From a virus (Duplodnaviria; Caudoviricetes): a stretch of 57,598 nt of DNA. The stretch spans positions 1 to 57,598 of IMG/VR virus record IMGVR_UViG_3300017649_000002; one strand, written 5' to 3'. Shown here piece by piece: positions 1 through 7,440 of this stretch (the first letter of the stretch is position 1; the number at the start of each line of letters is the position of its first letter). Position numbers and translations under genes: made by a program. The notes under the pieces were generated by a model. The model had not been told where the DNA came from, searched no databases, and was given only the letters and a program-made list of their open reading frames with translations.

Positions 1-123
1 ATGCTCGCAGCCATCGGCAACGCCTTCGGTATGAAAGCCCAGGGCTACCGCCCCAGCCGCCACAAGGGCGGGCGCCGCCCCGGCCGCGTGAGCGCCAAGA
101 AGGGCCTCTTGTACACGCCCGAC
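1..123. repeat. Terminal direct repeat (identical to 57476-57598); circular assembly overlap
   Basis: First 123 nt recur exactly at the window end and fall inside one ORF, so this is probably an assembly overlap and not a biological terminal repeat. Confidence 0.95.
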
Positions 124-204
124 GTTCCGGGCGCGAAGCTCGCCAAGAAAGCGGCCAAGGGCACGGTGGGCCTGCGCAACGGCGCCCCCTTCGGCCAGCG
201 CTGA
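1..204 (+). CDS. Small basic protein, 3' part; true start is ATG 57449 across the circular junction (MKATLLIANMLAAIG..., 76 aa)
   Basis: ATG 57449 is in frame with ATG 57476 (=position 1) and has AAGGA upstream; Lys/Arg/Gly-rich. Confidence 0.8.
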   Translation: MLAAIGNAFGMKAQGYRPSRHKGGRRPGRVSAKKGLLYTPDVPGAKLAKKAAKGTVGLRNGAPFGQR

Positions 205-229
205 TCGGAAGTCACTTCAGGGAAAGGAA

Positions 230-1519
230 ATGAAAACCATCAACCAGATCGCGGAAGCGGCCGTCGCCAAGTACGAGCACGACATGCTCCGCAAGCATTT
301 ACCCCCGGATATTCGCCGCCACCGGGTCGATCTCGCCGCCATTGCCGCACGTATCGCCATCGACGAAGTTCAGAAGAACAGTCTCGACGGCGTGCTCGAC
401 GCGATCAGAGACGCGGGTGCGGCGAAGAACATCGCAGTTCCCGTGCAGCAGTGCGTAGCCGCCGCGAGACGCAACGAAGACCCCGAGCGTTCGGGCTTTG
501 CCCAGGAAATGGCGATGCAATACGGCTTTGCCATTCTCGACGATGAGGCCGAAATCTACGGCGTAACCGCCGAGCGCCTAACCGACATGATGTCGGTGCT
601 GGGCTTCCGCACGACCAAGGAACGCCAGAACGCCGAAGGCGACCTCGCCAAGCTGGAAGAACAACGCAATCTGACCAAAACCTGCGCCGTGGGCACGCGC
701 CCCGGTCATGCCGATGTCGCTGTCGTGCCCGGCTATCGGTCGCTGCTCGGCGTGCTCATCGAAGCGCTCAACCAAGCGCAGTACGGCAAGGGCGCCGAGC
801 GCCACAACCTGGGCGGCGACCTGCCGTTCGAACGCCAGCGCATGCAGCAGATCAGCGAACTGATCGGCAGCGTGGACGGCATGAGCTACCAGGCGTGCAA
901 GAAGATCACCGAGGGTGTGAAGCTGCCGACGCTCGATCGCCAGGTGGCCGAACTGCTGGGCGCGATCAACTACATCGCCGGCATGATCATCTTCCTGCGC
1001 AAGCGGGATGCGGAAGAAAAGACGAACGGCTTCTATCGCGTTCAACTTGGCGAACCGCACTCCGGCCGCGAGACTAATCAGAACATCGCGAGTGCGACTG
1101 AAACTCTTGAAAAGATCGCGACCAACCTCGGAATTGAGCCCGCTGATCTGAAAAAGCCGTGGGTCGATCCTGTCGAACGCATGTTCGGGTCTTTCGAAGA
1201 TCAACTCGCGGCGCAAGAAGCGAAGTACCCCGCCATCCGTGAGCACAACGACCAAGTTCGTGCGGCGCGGCGGAACCCGCTGGAATGGCGTAATCACGCA
1301 GGCGACAAAATGCCGTCAACGATCACCCCGACCACGCTCGTGGAAGTCAGCTACGGCGATGACCGTCGCTCGCGTGGTCCGGTCCAAGCCAAGGCCGGCG
1401 ATGTCGATTGGTCTTCCATCATCGAGTGGCGCTTCTCTCCGAAGATCGTCCCGGCTGCTGCCGGTCCAGAAGCCGCACCGGCCGCCGACCGACCCGACTG
1501 CCCGTATTGCGGCAACTAA
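230..1519 (+). CDS. Multidomain hypothetical phage protein (central helical GKGxERH...PF...YQAxKK...ELLGAINY domain; C-terminal Trp-rich DUF551-like module)
   Basis: 429-aa ORF with AAGGA RBS and typical codon usage; C-terminal module resembles ORF 53650-53859. Confidence 0.8.
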   Translation: MKTINQIAEAAVAKYEHDMLRKHLPPDIRRHRVDLAAIAARIAIDEVQKNSLDGVLDAIRDAGAAKNIAVPVQQCVAAARRNEDPERSGFAQEMAMQYGFAILDDEAEIYGVTAERLTDMMSVLGFRTTKERQNAEGDLAKLEEQRNLTKTCAVGTRPGHADVAVVPGYRSLLGVLIEALNQAQYGKGAERHNLGGDLPFERQRMQQISELIGSVDGMSYQACKKITEGVKLPTLDRQVAELLGAINYIAGMIIFLRKRDAEEKTNGFYRVQLGEPHSGRETNQNIASATETLEKIATNLGIEPADLKKPWVDPVERMFGSFEDQLAAQEAKYPAIREHNDQVRAARRNPLEWRNHAGDKMPSTITPTTLVEVSYGDDRRSRGPVQAKAGDVDWSSIIEWRFSPKIVPAAAGPEAAPAADRPDCPYCGN

Positions 1520-1540
1520 CCACCCCCTCAAGGAGCCATC

Positions 1541-2497
1541 ATGGCAAAGCTGGAAATCCCGTCCGACGAATTCGTGCCCGATCTGGCACGCGGCAACCTC
1601 AAAGCGGCCATGGCCTCGGCCGGCGCCACCAACCCGCACGCGCTCTGGACCGTGCCGCCGTCGCAACTGCGCGTGATCGAGGGCTTCAACGGCCGCATCC
1701 GCACGCCGGCCTACCTGGAACACCTGGCGGGCGTGAAGAACTCGATCCGAGAGAACGGCTACTACCAGGACAAGCCGCTCGCGGGCTATGTCGCCAAGGA
1801 AGACGGCGAGGACGTGATCTACGTCACCGAGGGCCACACCCGTTTCGAAGCCGTGCGCGAGTTGATCGACGAGGGCCACGAGGTCGAGAAGGTGCCCATC
1901 GTTATCAAGCCCAACGGCACGACCATGGAAGACCTGATCGTCGCCCTGGTCACGTCGAACGAGGGTCGGCCGTTCACGACCTACGAAAAGGCCCTGATGG
2001 TCAAGCGCCTGGTCGGCCAGGGCATGGACGAAGCAACCATCGCCAAGCGCCTGAACTTCAAGACCGGCAAGGCTTACGTCGATGACCTGCTGACCCTGGC
2101 TGGCGCCCCCAAGGCGATTCGCGACATGGTGATCGCGGACAAGATTTCCGCGACCATGGCTATCGACGAACTGAAGAAGAACGGCGCCAAGGCCACCGAA
2201 CGCCTCAAGACGGCCGTAGATCGCGCCCAGGCGGCCGGAAAGGCGAAGGCGACAGGTAAGCACCTGGACAAGCCCAAGAAGCCCGCCAAGGCCGGGAAAA
2301 CGGCCCAGGAATCGACGCCCGAGCCGACCGCGCCCCAGGTCGATGCCGCCGACGTGCTGGCTGACGCCGAAAAGTGTGGGTTTGCCGTGGGCACCGAGGT
2401 CGATGAAAAGCTGCTGCGGTTCGCGGCCACGGTGCTCCACCGCGTCGGCGCCGAGGTCTACCAGGAGGCGGCCGACGACCCGGCTGCGGGCCTGTGA
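1541..2497 (+). CDS. ParB/Srx-like N-terminal domain protein with HTH
   Basis: AGGAG RBS; 'EGFNGR' and 'YVTEGHTRFEA' ParB-box-like motifs followed by HTH-like 'DEATIAKRLN'; ends DDPAAGL. Confidence 0.8.
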   Translation: MAKLEIPSDEFVPDLARGNLKAAMASAGATNPHALWTVPPSQLRVIEGFNGRIRTPAYLEHLAGVKNSIRENGYYQDKPLAGYVAKEDGEDVIYVTEGHTRFEAVRELIDEGHEVEKVPIVIKPNGTTMEDLIVALVTSNEGRPFTTYEKALMVKRLVGQGMDEATIAKRLNFKTGKAYVDDLLTLAGAPKAIRDMVIADKISATMAIDELKKNGAKATERLKTAVDRAQAAGKAKATGKHLDKPKKPAKAGKTAQESTPEPTAPQVDAADVLADAEKCGFAVGTEVDEKLLRFAATVLHRVGAEVYQEAADDPAAGL

Positions 2498-2655
2498 AGG
2501 GCGGAAGCGTGAAGGGCGGCACGGGAGCCGTCGCCCGCCTGCTGCTGGAATACTACCAAGGCGGCCGGCGTGTCTTCGGATACGGCCGCTGGGCGTCCGC
2601 CCGCTGGGCCGTGCGGATGGTGTTCAAGGAACTCGTCGAGTCGCGTCCTCGATAG
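2494..2655 (+). CDS. Possible small protein (53 aa, VKGGSVKGGTGAVARLLLEYY...)
   Basis: GTGA overlap with the upstream stop; fills the gap; below the ORF-track cutoff. Confidence 0.45.
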   Translation: MKGGSVKGGTGAVARLLLEYYQGGRRVFGYGRWASARWAVRMVFKELVESRPR

Positions 2656-2732
2656 TTGTCTCAACACCATTTTGTTGTTAGACCCTCTGTCGAAGAACCA
2701 GAATCAGGTTCGATTAACAGAGGGTCTTTTTC

Positions 2733-2960
2733 ATGTCTGACGATCAGCTTTGGACAGCGCGTGAACTGTCGAAATTCCTGGGCTACAGCGAGACGACGGT
2801 TGCCCGCCTAGTGTCTCAAGAGCCGCAGAAGCTGCCGCCGCGTGTCGAGGGCCTGTCGAGGCCCCGCTGGTTGCCTTCCGCCGTCCTGGAATGGGCGAAG
2901 GGGAACACCAGCACTTCCGGCCAGGTTCGCCGTGGCCGGCCCCGCATCAACGGGGTCTAA
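2733..2960 (+). CDS. xis: Excisionase / AlpA-like HTH recombination directionality factor
   Basis: 75 aa, 'LWTARELSKFLGYSETTV...PRW' winged-HTH pattern, basic RRGRPR tail, close to the integrase. Confidence 0.7.
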   Translation: MSDDQLWTARELSKFLGYSETTVARLVSQEPQKLPPRVEGLSRPRWLPSAVLEWAKGNTSTSGQVRRGRPRINGV

Positions 2961-3457
2961 ATCGTGCAGCCGGCGTGGTGCTCGCGCTTGGCCTTCAGGT
3001 AGGCTTGATGGGCCTCAGCCGGATCATCGAATAGGCCCAGGCTGCGATTGCGACCGTTCACCTGGATTTGGGCCAACCACTTTTCAACCTGCCGGTGCCA
3101 AGTCACACCGAGATAGCCAGATGTGCCGTGCGATCGGGGTTTGCGGATGTTCTGCTGGTTCACCGACCGCGACGTATCCCGCAAATTCCTGATTCGATTG
3201 TTCGACCTATTGGTATCTCGGTGATCAATGATGCCAAGGGGCCAGGCCCCGTGCGCGTACAACCATGCAAGTCGATGGGCGTAATACAGTCGGCCGTCGA
3301 TGCCGATAAGGATGTATCCTGATTTCTTGGATTCGCACCCGGCCGGCCTTCCGATTTCGCTGCGGCGACGGTGTTGCCGCCAGGTGAATACCCCGGTTGT
3401 GGGGTCATAGCTCAAAATCGAGCGCAGCCGTTCGGCTGTTAGAATGGGATGGTCCAT
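2957..3457 (-). CDS. HNH homing endonuclease with AP2-like domain
   Basis: 'YDPTTGVFTW', 'AHRLAW', 'IDHRDTNRSNNRIRNLR', 'SGYLGVTW...W.AQI...LGLFD'. Confidence 0.93.
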   Translation of the reverse strand: MDHPILTAERLRSILSYDPTTGVFTWRQHRRRSEIGRPAGCESKKSGYILIGIDGRLYYAHRLAWLYAHGAWPLGIIDHRDTNRSNNRIRNLRDTSRSVNQQNIRKPRSHGTSGYLGVTWHRQVEKWLAQIQVNGRNRSLGLFDDPAEAHQAYLKAKREHHAGCTI

Positions 3458-3533
3458 ACTTTCATGTGAAGGATGAAGGTTTGGGGAAAGCCCGTTCAGC
3501 GCTGGAACGCTGACGGGCTTTCATTTTACCTGA

Positions 3534-4550
3534 TCATCCCAGCTTGGCGGCCAAGTCGCCAGGCTTGGGGCGATAGTAGATCATCAGCGTCTTCAGCGAA
3601 CGGTGGCCGGTGATGGCCGACAGTTCCAGCACGTTGCTGAGTTTTGGTGCCATCATGGTCGCGGCCTCGCGGCGGGCGTCGTGAAACTTCACATGGGATA
3701 GGCCGACATCCCGCCGTGCCTCGCGGAACAGCTTGTCCAGGTTGCCCGACTTGAGCGGCACCACAGGCGCGGATGGATGGCGCTTGGTGATGATCTTCAG
3801 CAGGTTCAGCGCGGCCGTGGACAGCGGAACATCGCGCTCGTCGCCATTCTTCGTGTCGGACAGGTGCGCGTAGCGGTCTTCGAAGAAGATGTCCGACCAG
3901 GTGAGCGACAGGATTTCGCCCTTACGCATCGCCGTCTCAAGCGCCAGGTAGAAGGCGAAGGCCGCCCACTGCTCCGACGTTTCCGGCACGCTCTTGCCGT
4001 CCCAGCCCAGCTTCTTGATGATCTTCTGCCGGTCGGCCAGCGACACCCGCTGCGTGCGCGACTTCGGGTTCTTCGGCCGCGAGATCAGGTTCACCGGGTT
4101 CGCGGTCATGCCCAGGCGCCACTCGCGGATCGCCTGCTTGAACACGGCCGAGATCAGGTTCAGTTCCCGGTTCACCGACGACGCCGAGACTTCCTTCAGG
4201 CGCTCATCACGCCACTCGGCCATGTCCGGGCCGGTGATCGACGATGCCGGCTCCTGGAACAGCGGGAACCGCTTCGCCAGCATGCGCAGCCGAATTTGCT
4301 CCCAGCGCGTGCCTTTCTTCCCAGGCGAGACTTCCTCGGCGTAGCGCTCGAATAGCTCGGCGGCGGGCTGGCAGTTGGCCTTGACGACCTTGACCGCCTC
4401 CTGGGGCGTGTCGCCCTCGATGATCTGCGCCTCGATCTTGGTCGCCCATTCCTCGGCCTGGACCTTGGTGTCGAAGGTGGCCGTCAGGGTCTTTCCCCTG
4501 CGGCGAATGATGACCCTCCACGACGACCCTCGCTTCTGATAGCTTGCCAT
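3534..4550 (-). CDS. int: Tyrosine integrase
   Basis: Catalytic motifs MRKGEIL, TKNG, FHDAR, TGH and a C-terminal Y; N-terminal arm-binding-like domain. Confidence 0.95.
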   Translation of the reverse strand: MASYQKRGSSWRVIIRRRGKTLTATFDTKVQAEEWATKIEAQIIEGDTPQEAVKVVKANCQPAAELFERYAEEVSPGKKGTRWEQIRLRMLAKRFPLFQEPASSITGPDMAEWRDERLKEVSASSVNRELNLISAVFKQAIREWRLGMTANPVNLISRPKNPKSRTQRVSLADRQKIIKKLGWDGKSVPETSEQWAAFAFYLALETAMRKGEILSLTWSDIFFEDRYAHLSDTKNGDERDVPLSTAALNLLKIITKRHPSAPVVPLKSGNLDKLFREARRDVGLSHVKFHDARREAATMMAPKLSNVLELSAITGHRSLKTLMIYYRPKPGDLAAKLG

Positions 4551-4710
4551 GTGTTGACCTTTCTACGGCTTGGTTGCTGACACTGCTAAGCCGTATCACA
4601 TATGGTACGAATTGGTACACTCACCCCCGAAGACAAATGAAAACGCGCGAAATTGCGTCAGAAAAAACTCAATGATTTCAACGAAGGCCAACAATAGCAG
4701 GTTGTCAAAC

Positions 4711-4729
4711 AGTCTTCTCCTGGGCACCA
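4711..4729 (+). other. attP core: copy of a tRNA 3' end (AGTCTTCTCCTGGGCACCA), probably tRNA-Leu
   Basis: T-arm/acceptor-like 3' end with terminal CCA in the AT-rich intergenic region upstream of int; flanked by TGGTAC repeats at 4603, 4613 and 4775 (candidate arm sites). Confidence 0.8.
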
Positions 4730-4825
4730 AAACCCTTTGATTTCATTGGGTTTTTCCGCTGTCTTGGTAACATTTGGTACGGCAGATTGTCGCAGGTAGC
4801 TTTGAGACAGTCTGCAAACACCCCT

Positions 4826-4910
4826 GCTCGGGTGGCGGAAATGGTAGACGCGCACGGTTCAGGTCCGTGTGTCGAAAGACGTGCTGGTTCGATTCCAGTC
4901 CCGAGCACCA
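4826..4910 (+). tRNA. tRNA-Leu(CAG)
   Basis: Acceptor GCTCGGG/CCCGAGC, D-loop GG, anticodon stem CACGG/CCGTG with loop TTCAGGT, long variable arm, GGTTCGATTCC T-arm, encoded ACCA; 85 nt. Confidence 0.95.
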
Positions 4911-4914
4911 CCGT

Positions 4915-5412
4915 TCAGACGGGTGAGAAATTACCCCTCATTTCGCGACTGGCCTTGACGTAGGCCGCATTAGCCGAGGCTTCATCTGCGAACTGACCGA
5001 GGTAGTGGCGCTTCCCGTTGATGCAAATCTGCGCGATGAAAACCCCCTTTCTGTCTTTACGCTTCTTGACCCCCGCATTCGGCCGAAGCATATCCACGCG
5101 ATTGCCGGCGTTCTGCGGCCTAGTCGCCTCCCGCAGATTTCCGATCCGGTTGTCTTTCCGGTTCCGATTTCGGTGATCAACTTCCTTCGGAAAGTAGCCG
5201 TGGTGCATCAGCCACACGACGCGATGCGCACGATAGCGACGGCCGAAAATTCGGCAGTAGAGGTAGCCTTCCGAGATGGCATGGCAAGCGCAATCCCCGG
5301 CGCGTGCTCGTTTCGTATCGACCTTCCATCGGAGCAAGCCGGTTTCAGGCTCGTAGGCATATAGTCGGTGGGCTTCAGCGTAGAGTTCGCTGACGGACGG
5401 CGGCGTGTGCAT
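4915..5412 (-). CDS. HNH homing endonuclease with AP2-like domain
   Basis: 'YEPETGLLRW', 'AHRVVW', 'VDHRNRNRKDNRIGNLR', 'AQICINGKRHYLGQF'. Confidence 0.92.
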   Translation of the reverse strand: MHTPPSVSELYAEAHRLYAYEPETGLLRWKVDTKRARAGDCACHAISEGYLYCRIFGRRYRAHRVVWLMHHGYFPKEVDHRNRNRKDNRIGNLREATRPQNAGNRVDMLRPNAGVKKRKDRKGVFIAQICINGKRHYLGQFADEASANAAYVKASREMRGNFSPV

Positions 5413-5492
5413 AGAATCCTCGTGAGAATAAAAACGCCCACCGAGGGTGGGCGGCAGCGTCTCACGACGGATGCGAAGCTAATTATAGCCCG

Positions 5493-6359
5493 CTACGGCG
5501 CATCGATTTCCAATACCAGCGCAGCGCCCTCGCCCCAGGGGACCGGCATGCGCATGGACGCCGTACCCGGCTTGCCAGCAAACACCGAGTCGGCAGGATC
5601 GCCGCGACCGTCCAGAGGGCCGTCGTAGATGATCGTGCTGCCCATCTTCAGCCGCACGTTACGGTTCGCCATGAACGCGGGCGGCTCGACCGTCGTGATA
5701 TCCAGGAAGACAATGGCGATGTTCTCGACGCCGCCCTCGGGCTTCATGCCCTTCAAGGTAAACAGAACGGCATTGCCGTAGACCGCATTGACCGCGCTGC
5801 CCATGTCTTGGCCCAGGCCCGGATGGTTGTAGCCGATCTCCTGGTAAGGGGGATCACCCGCGACATCGCGCAGGCCGGTCGTGATCGTGATCGAGCCGGC
5901 GCCGGTCGTCCAGTCACCAGTGCCCGGCTCGGGGCCAGAGCCGCCACCATCCAGGATGTCGGCCAGGGCGCTACATTCCGCGTCGATCGCGACCAGGTTG
6001 CGGGCCATCGCGGCGCTGCTACCGCCGTCCGTCGCGGCCAGGCTAGTATCGAGCACGATGGGGTCAGCCGTGTCGCCCGCAGCGACCGCAATGGCGTTCA
6101 AGCTCGCCTGGATCAGCAGCAGGTTGTCGCGTGCAGCACGCTCCTGCCCGGCGTCGTTGACGAACGCGCCGCGTTGAAACCCGGTCGGCGCCGGGATGCT
6201 CGCCAGGCCGGCCAGGCGCCCGAGTTCGGCTTCGATCTTGTCCAGGTTTCTGCCGGCGATGAGTTCCAGGCCGCCGTCGTAGGTCAGGCCGCCGTATTGC
6301 AGGCCCAGGTGGGGAGTGGTCTTCACGGTGATCTCCAAAGGAAGGTTGGCCGATGTCAC
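5493..6359 (-). CDS. Hypothetical protein, possibly a virion fibre (three N-terminal NLxxIxA repeats, Gly/Pro linker, globular C-terminus)
   Basis: GTG 6359 overlaps the upstream TGA; the track's longer start at 6485 overlaps the o-spanin. Confidence 0.65.
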   Translation of the reverse strand: MTSANLPLEITVKTTPHLGLQYGGLTYDGGLELIAGRNLDKIEAELGRLAGLASIPAPTGFQRGAFVNDAGQERAARDNLLLIQASLNAIAVAAGDTADPIVLDTSLAATDGGSSAAMARNLVAIDAECSALADILDGGGSGPEPGTGDWTTGAGSITITTGLRDVAGDPPYQEIGYNHPGLGQDMGSAVNAVYGNAVLFTLKGMKPEGGVENIAIVFLDITTVEPPAFMANRNVRLKMGSTIIYDGPLDGRGDPADSVFAGKPGTASMRMPVPWGEGAALVLEIDAP

Positions 6360-6595
6360 GGCTTCTTGGGACTGGTGCGCTTCCAGCCGCACCGCTTGGC
6401 GCCAGTCTCGTTGTGGGCTTCGATCTGGTCGGCCGTGCCGTCCGTCAGAATGTCGCCCCGGCTGACGTAGATGGGCTTCGTCCACCGGCAGGCGGTATCG
6501 ACGATTTTAGTCTCGGGACCAGCTTGCAGTATACTACAGCCTGAAATCATTACGGCCGTAGCCGTCAAGGAAAGGGTTTGAATACATGTACGCAG
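6356..6595 (-). CDS. Rz1: o-spanin (Rz1-like lipoprotein); start codon uncertain
   Basis: Lipobox-like 'TATAVMISG-C' then 'DTACRWTKPIYVSRGDILTDGTADQIEAHNE...C'; in the lysis cassette; only CTG/TTG available near the signal peptide. Confidence 0.7.
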   Translation of the reverse strand: MRTCIQTLSLTATAVMISGCSILQAGPETKIVDTACRWTKPIYVSRGDILTDGTADQIEAHNETGAKRCGWKRTSPKKP

Positions 6596-7162
6596 TGCGG
6601 AAGCATATTTGAGGCCCCGCGATCGGCAAAGCGCAAGTTTTGCTCGCAACGTTGCTATGGCGATTCTATTCGAGATCGAGCTAGGGAGTTTTCCCGCAGC
6701 AGCGCATTTGCTGAAAAGTTTTGGAGCCTGGTCGAACGTCGGGAAGCCGACGACTGCTGGCCGTGGCTCGGGACCAGCGCCGGGAACGGATATGGGGTTA
6801 TCGGCGGTTCTCCGTTCGCCGTAGGTAGCAATCGGAAGGACTTCGCCCATCGTGTTGCCTACGGGCTTGCGAAAGGAAGTCTGCCCGCCGATCTGGTCAT
6901 TCGGCACAGTTGCGACAACCGGGGATGCGTAAATCCGCGACATCTGATCGCCGGAACAACCTTGGAAAATATCGCAGATGCCGTTGAGCGGGATAGACTT
7001 CGACACGGCGAAGGGGTTTGGAGCGCCAAACTCACAGAAAAGGACGTTCGCCGTATTCGGAGATCGAACCTTCCGCACCGCGTTCTTGCGAAAAAAATGG
7101 GTGTTCATGAGACGACTGTCCTCCGTGTCAGGACCAAGGACACATGGAAGCGCGTTGCCTAA
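6578..7162 (+). CDS. HNH endonuclease with N-terminal Zn ribbon and C-terminal HTH, antisense to the lysis operon
   Basis: CxxC...FCSxxC, 'CWPW.G', 'AHRVAY', 'RHSCDNRGCVNPRHL', 'AKLTEKDV'; TTG start with AAGGAAAGG RBS; lower GC. Confidence 0.9.
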   Translation: MNTCTQCGSIFEAPRSAKRKFCSQRCYGDSIRDRAREFSRSSAFAEKFWSLVERREADDCWPWLGTSAGNGYGVIGGSPFAVGSNRKDFAHRVAYGLAKGSLPADLVIRHSCDNRGCVNPRHLIAGTTLENIADAVERDRLRHGEGVWSAKLTEKDVRRIRRSNLPHRVLAKKMGVHETTVLRVRTKDTWKRVA

Positions 7163-7440
7163 TCTCGCGACCAGTTGTCTTTGAGCCGGCCAGCAGAAGT
7201 GCCGGCAGGCTGGCGAGCAATTTCATCTTCGACATCGTTGCGCTCCTTGACCGCCTTCAGCGCGTCATCCATGGCCGCCATGTCGGACTTGGCCTTGGAC
7301 GCTGCGGCGGCGTCCTGGGCCGCCTGACGACCCTTGCTGCGGCCGATGGTGTACGCCGTGCCGATCGCGGCGATGAGGGCCAGGGCGGCGACCGCCCAAC
7401 CCTTCACGCGGTTCAGCAGCGACGCAAGCAAGGCGCTCAC
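7159..7440 (-). CDS. Rz: i-spanin (Rz-like)
   Basis: GTG 7440 overlaps the endolysin stop; N-terminal TM helix then Ala-rich coiled coil ending 'LKDNWSRD'. Confidence 0.75.
   Translation of the reverse strand: MSALLASLLNRVKGWAVAALALIAAIGTAYTIGRSKGRQAAQDAAAASKAKSDMAAMDDALKAVKERNDVEDEIARQPAGTSAGRLKDNWSRD

Noticed and set aside
4658-4911. Short minus-strand ORFs over attP and the tRNA
   Set aside because: They are antisense translations of the tRNA and att sequence.
6578-7162. Group I intron in the lysis cassette
   Set aside because: The endonuclease ORF is antisense to the host transcript and fills the whole gap, leaving no room for a ribozyme core.
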